Source: a virus
IMG/VR virus record: IMGVR_UViG_3300037200_000158
Coordinates: 1-64,000 of that record
Reading direction: 5' to 3' (one strand)
DNA length: 64,000 nt
The position numbers and the translations under genes were made by a program. A model generated the notes under the pieces. It saw nothing but the letters and a program-made list of their open reading frames with translations, was not told where the DNA came from and did not search any database. Positions 60,660 through 64,000 of the stretch are shown here, piece after piece (the stretch's first letter is position 1; the number at the start of each line of letters is the position of its first letter).

Positions 60660-61424
60660 ATGCCCAAGTTACACAAGTTACACGAATTGCTTGCCGTCGA
60701 TGGGAATCTCAAAGCCCAGGCCGACAAGACGCGAACCGAACTCATGGGAACGTTCGAGAAGAAGACGCACCTATTCTCGGAAAAGACCGTTTCCTACAAA
60801 CCCTACGAAGAGAACTCACAAACAACCGTTGAGAGCCAGCTCGACATCCAGACCACAGTTCCGAAGGAACTGAAATGGCTGTCGGAATTCATCGTCAAGT
60901 CGCTGGACGTGTCCTATCAGGTAGCCGAGGCGAATACAATCGCCCGTGCCGACGTGGTGCTGGAGAACGGAACCGTCCTGCTTTCCCAACTGCCTGCCAC
61001 GTCCCTGCTCGAACTCGAAAAGCGTGCCAAGGAGATGCACGACTTCGTGGCCTCCATCCCGACGCTGGACCCGGCGAAAGGCTTCCGGCTCGATCCCGAC
61101 AAAGGCAGCGACGGAATTTTCAAGGCGCGCGAAGACCGAAAGACGCGCACGAAGAAGATGAATAAGGTTCTGACTCTCGCGCCGCCGACCGACAAGCACC
61201 CGGCGCAAGTTCAGGTGGTTGTGGAAGACGTTCCAGTCGGCGACATTCTTACACTGGAATGGTCTGGACTCATCACTACGGCCGCCAAGGGAGACATGCT
61301 GTCCCGCGTTGAGGACTTCGCTCGTGCGGTTAAGAAGGCCCGCGCCAGGGCCAACGAAGCGGAGATCGCAAAGAACGACACCAGGATCGGAGCCGTAATC
61401 GTCGGCTACGTCTTCGGCCTGTAA
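60660..61424 (+). CDS. conserved hypothetical protein (first gene after sigma70-type promoter)
   Basis: 254-aa track ORF with AGGA upstream. MPKLHKLHELLAVDGNLKAQ...LPATSLLELEKR...IPTLDP...HPAQVQ. I recall similar uncharacterised phage/actinobacterial proteins but cannot name a family. Confidence 0.7.
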   Translation: MPKLHKLHELLAVDGNLKAQADKTRTELMGTFEKKTHLFSEKTVSYKPYEENSQTTVESQLDIQTTVPKELKWLSEFIVKSLDVSYQVAEANTIARADVVLENGTVLLSQLPATSLLELEKRAKEMHDFVASIPTLDPAKGFRLDPDKGSDGIFKAREDRKTRTKKMNKVLTLAPPTDKHPAQVQVVVEDVPVGDILTLEWSGLITTAAKGDMLSRVEDFARAVKKARARANEAEIAKNDTRIGAVIVGYVFGL

Positions 61425-61430
61425 CAAAAG

Positions 61431-61750
61431 TTCGGGTAGGCGGGAAACCGTCGATCCAGGCTCAAGGTCAGAATCAGGATCATTTAACAGATTCAGGTTT
61501 TAACCCGAAGGCTCACACTCAGAAAGGAAGATGCACAATGGACGCGACAAACAAACCGGGAACGCTGGTTCAAATCCAGCCGGGCTCTCCAATAAAACAT
61601 ACGAGCCCGTGGTCTAGCGGTAAGGCATCGGGATTAGGCTCAAGGTCGCGGGCGCGGAGTGCGGAAGGCTCACTGAGTACAGTCGCTGACTTCAAATCAG
61701 CACCAGACTGCTAATCTGGACGCCCCCGGCATAGGATACTTGCCGGGGGC
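61431..61750 (+). ncRNA. tandem tRNA-like units with circularly permuted acceptor/T-arm/D-arm module
   Basis: T arm GCTGG-TTCAAAT-CCAGC + CGGGCTC-T-CCA (61564-91), then after 11 nt GAGCCCG-TG-GTC-TAGCGGTAA-GGC (61603-26). Repeated blocks AGGCTCAAGGTC (61458-69, 61636-47) and GAAGGCTCAC (61507-16, 61664-73). No ORF. Confidence 0.45.
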
Positions 61751-61763
61751 ACTAAAAAACACA

Positions 61764-61916
61764 ATGGCTAAAAACCAGACACATTCCGACCTTCACCGAG
61801 CGACGATCAGGGTACCCCATTCGCTCTGGAAGCGCATCAAGCAAGCCGCGCTGAATGCAGACAAAACGATCCAGGAGTACGTGACTCTTGTGATGGACAA
61901 GGCGACGCCGAAATGA
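61764..61916 (+). CDS. ribbon-helix-helix protein (50 aa, below track cutoff)
   Basis: MAKNQTHSDLHRATIRVPHSLWKRIKQAALNADKTIQEYVTLVMDKATPK. ATGA overlap with the nuclease gene. Confidence 0.6.
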   Translation: MAKNQTHSDLHRATIRVPHSLWKRIKQAALNADKTIQEYVTLVMDKATPK

Positions 61917-62554
61917 GTCCCGATTTCAACGCCGAAACGCATACCTACGCCGAACCGGGAACCGGGCGGCGGATTGAGAGCGTCACGCAGGTTTTAGAGA
62001 GGGCCGGGATCTCTGATTGGTCCAATGTGCCGGACGAGGTCCTCTGGGAAGCGCAACAGCGCGGAACGATGGTGCATCGCGCGATCCACTTCGCAAACCA
62101 GCGCAATCTCGACCCCGAGAGTGTAGACGAACGCATTAGCGGCTACCTGGAGGCGTGGAAGGCCTTCGCTTCGGATCACCAATTGATCGTCCGGCGTAGC
62201 GAGATGCTCCTTTATAGGCGCATCACGATTACGGATCAGGAAGTCATTGTGCCGGCAGAGAGTGACCTTGAGATTGTCGGAACGGGCGACGCCGAAGGAA
62301 ATATTATCAGGCAGGGAGAAATCGTCCTCGACGTGAAGACTGGCGACCCTACTGACGCTTGGGCGCCGCAGTTGGCCGCATACGTGAGAGCACTCAGCCC
62401 GACCGCGCGGCACACGCACAAGCGCGTGAATGTGCAGTTGTCCAGAGATGGAAAATACCGCCTTTGGTGGTGGCCGATCAGAACCTTCGATGAGCACTGG
62501 GGCGTCTTCCGCAACGCTTTGATCGAAGGTAAGCGAAAGCAGGTAGCGGCGTGA
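61913..62554 (+). CDS. PD-(D/E)XK (RecB/Cas4-like) nuclease
   Basis: ETHTY...SVTQVL...RGTMVHRAI...GTGDAEG...IVLDVKTG...QLAAY follows the nuclease motif order. Confidence 0.75.
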   Translation: MSPDFNAETHTYAEPGTGRRIESVTQVLERAGISDWSNVPDEVLWEAQQRGTMVHRAIHFANQRNLDPESVDERISGYLEAWKAFASDHQLIVRRSEMLLYRRITITDQEVIVPAESDLEIVGTGDAEGNIIRQGEIVLDVKTGDPTDAWAPQLAAYVRALSPTARHTHKRVNVQLSRDGKYRLWWWPIRTFDEHWGVFRNALIEGKRKQVAA

Positions 62555-62772
62555 ATTTCCTCAAGCGTCTGTTCTGCTGGCACCGAGGACCACTCCGCTT
62601 CGAGCGCAGCATCTACGGCGACGAGATCAACTACTCGGGCGGCAGTCGCTCGCTCTGGACATGCGTGCGCTGTCAGGGTCTGGTGGCGAAGAAGCATTTG
62701 CGGACGCCCACGGAGCCGGTGTTAGTTTGTGGAAATAGAGAGCTTTGGGCGCGGGAAGTAACATCCCCATGA
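62551..62772 (+). CDS. zinc-ribbon-like small protein
   Basis: 73-aa track ORF. GTGA overlap. CWH...CVRC. Confidence 0.5.
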   Translation: MNFLKRLFCWHRGPLRFERSIYGDEINYSGGSRSLWTCVRCQGLVAKKHLRTPTEPVLVCGNRELWAREVTSP

Positions 62773-62852
62773 AGCGTTACTCGAAGAACAGATGGCGGTC
62801 GGGGCCGTGGTCGCGGTCGCGGTCGCGGTCGGGGTCGCGGTCGTGGTCTTAA
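62769..62852 (+). CDS. 27-aa Arg/Ser/Trp repeat peptide (tentative)
   Basis: ATGA overlap with the previous stop. MKRYSKNRWRSGPWSRSRSRSGSRSWS is encoded by the hexamer repeat. Confidence 0.35.
   Translation: MKRYSKNRWRSGPWSRSRSRSGSRSWS
62797..62848. repeat. GGTCGN hexanucleotide tandem repeat (about 8.7 copies)
   Basis: ggtcgg ggccgt ggtcgc ggtcgc ggtcgc ggtcgg ggtcgc ggtcgt ggtc. Confidence 0.9.
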
Positions 62853-62868
62853 ATAACAGGAGCGGAAT

Positions 62869-63123
62869 ATGGGGAAAATCATCGCAGTTATCGAAGATAC
62901 GGGAGAGCGGCGCTTGCCGGTCGACAAGGAATATTGGACTCACGACTTCCAGGTACGCAGGGCACTGGAGAAGGGGGAATATCCGGTAAAAATATCGCTA
63001 CTGCGTCCATGTGGTAGGATTGCGGAATGGCTTGGCTCGGCGAACTATGGAAAGACATCAGAGGAAACGTCAAGTACGATATTCTCAAAACCGCCCTTTA
63101 GACCGTCGGGAGTGCAGGTATGA
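62869..63123 (+). CDS. hypothetical small protein
   Basis: 84-aa track ORF with AGGAG 7 nt upstream. Confidence 0.6.
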   Translation: MGKIIAVIEDTGERRLPVDKEYWTHDFQVRRALEKGEYPVKISLLRPCGRIAEWLGSANYGKTSEETSSTIFSKPPFRPSGVQV

Positions 63124-63881
63124 TCGGTGCGGCGGGCGCTTTCGTGCATCTCATCAGTGGCGTCAATCTTGTTTGGGTTGAGTTCGGTGGCATCTTTTCG
63201 TTTTCCGCTGTCTTATTCTTCATAGGTACGAGAAAACCATCAAGGTATGACCAACTTCTAGGCTCCGCTAGACACTGGGAGTCACGATCTAACGTAGTCG
63301 AGCAGATGCTAGAGCGGGAACGAGAGGAAAAGAAGAGTCTAATTAACCATCTGATCGAGAATTCTGACACAGGTAATAAACTTCTGCCTCTTCCCATTTC
63401 AGTATCGGCTATGACTAGCTCTGGCCTCCTGACGCTCAAGGAGCGGATCGAACTGATTCAGCTTCGGAAATTTCACTCCGCCGTCACAAAAGCGCAGAAG
63501 GACTGCCCGGCACCAAGTGAAGATCCTGCCGCCGTGCTCGTTGATCTCGAACGCATGTCGGAGCGGCTGATCTTCATGCAAAGCGAGATCGAAGGTGCCA
63601 TCGGGCTGCTGAACATGCCGAGCGAGCATTTCGATGCCGCCTTGGTCGCGCTATCTGAGCGTGACGCCACGGAGGCGACGGGCGACGTGGCGACTCAGGC
63701 GGAAGCCGAACAGGCGGTTGCTTTTGCTGCGGGACCGCAGGTGGTTAAGGAGTTCGCTCCATCCGACCTGCGTTTCCAGCCTCCCGCAGACTACCTGTCT
63801 CGCGAAGTTGCAGCGACCGCGGGCTGCGGCGCGGCTCCGATCCCGGTTCCCCAACCGTTCGAGACGGAGGAAGAAGCGTGA
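63120..63881 (+). CDS. membrane-anchored coiled-coil protein
   Basis: 253-aa track ORF with an ATGA overlap. N-terminal TM segments. Lower GC in the 5' half. Confidence 0.6.
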   Translation: MIGAAGAFVHLISGVNLVWVEFGGIFSFSAVLFFIGTRKPSRYDQLLGSARHWESRSNVVEQMLEREREEKKSLINHLIENSDTGNKLLPLPISVSAMTSSGLLTLKERIELIQLRKFHSAVTKAQKDCPAPSEDPAAVLVDLERMSERLIFMQSEIEGAIGLLNMPSEHFDAALVALSERDATEATGDVATQAEAEQAVAFAAGPQVVKEFAPSDLRFQPPADYLSREVAATAGCGAAPIPVPQPFETEEEA

Positions 63882-64000
63882 GGTTCACTTTCAAAGGCGC
63901 TACTTATCGAGTGGTCTTTCGCCACGAGCGAAGCCGCCTGCTCGCGGACCACATCGGCCATCCGGTCAGCGTCGTGCTGACGAAGACGCGCCGGCCCGAC
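63878..64000 (+). CDS. hypothetical protein (partial, continues beyond window)
   Basis: GTG 63878 with GGAGG 7 nt upstream and a GTGA overlap. VRFTFKGATYRVVFRHERSR... is open to the window end. Confidence 0.5.
   Translation, partial: MRFTFKGATYRVVFRHERSRLLADHIGHPVSVVLTKTRRPD

Noticed and set aside
62797-62848. Possible CRISPR or other spaced-repeat array.
   Set aside because: It is a contiguous 6-nt microsatellite without spacers. No cas genes are present in the window.

Overview
GC-rich (roughly 60% by eye) window that reads almost end to end as one temperate, P22-like (short-tailed) phage or prophage. I saw no host housekeeping genes, rRNA or CRISPR array. Layout: 1-4.5 kb (minus strand) holds DNA-binding proteins and a small tyrosine recombinase. 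4.7-11.3 kb holds short early/accessory ORFs, a minus-strand RHH-vWA operon and a DNA methyltransferase. 11.5-29.9 kb is the packaging/head module: a large terminase split into two ORFs by a 3.2-kb gene cassette, a GroES-like gene, portal, scaffold, a P22-type coat gene interrupted by two related group I-like introns (one carrying an HNH ORF), and paralogous decoration-like genes. About 30.0-30.4 kb is a tRNA-like/ncRNA cluster. 30.6-47.5 kb holds tail/adsorption genes, lysis enzymes and homing-endonuclease genes, with an unusual number of signal-peptide-like N termini. 47.5-59.5 kb is the ejection/internal-virion block, ending in a 2,812-aa polyvalent protein (2H phosphoesterase + N6-adenine methyltransferase + a complete beta-sliding-clamp module). 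60.5-64 kb holds a sigma70-type promoter, a tandem and apparently circularly permuted tRNA-like noncoding locus, and an RHH + PD-(D/E)XK nuclease module. A 9-bp palindrome TGTAWTACA recurs immediately upstream of start codons at about a dozen sites. All functional calls are by-eye motif recognition from the translated ORFs and need profile searches. Many long antisense or alternate-frame ORFs in the track are GC-driven shadows and are not called.
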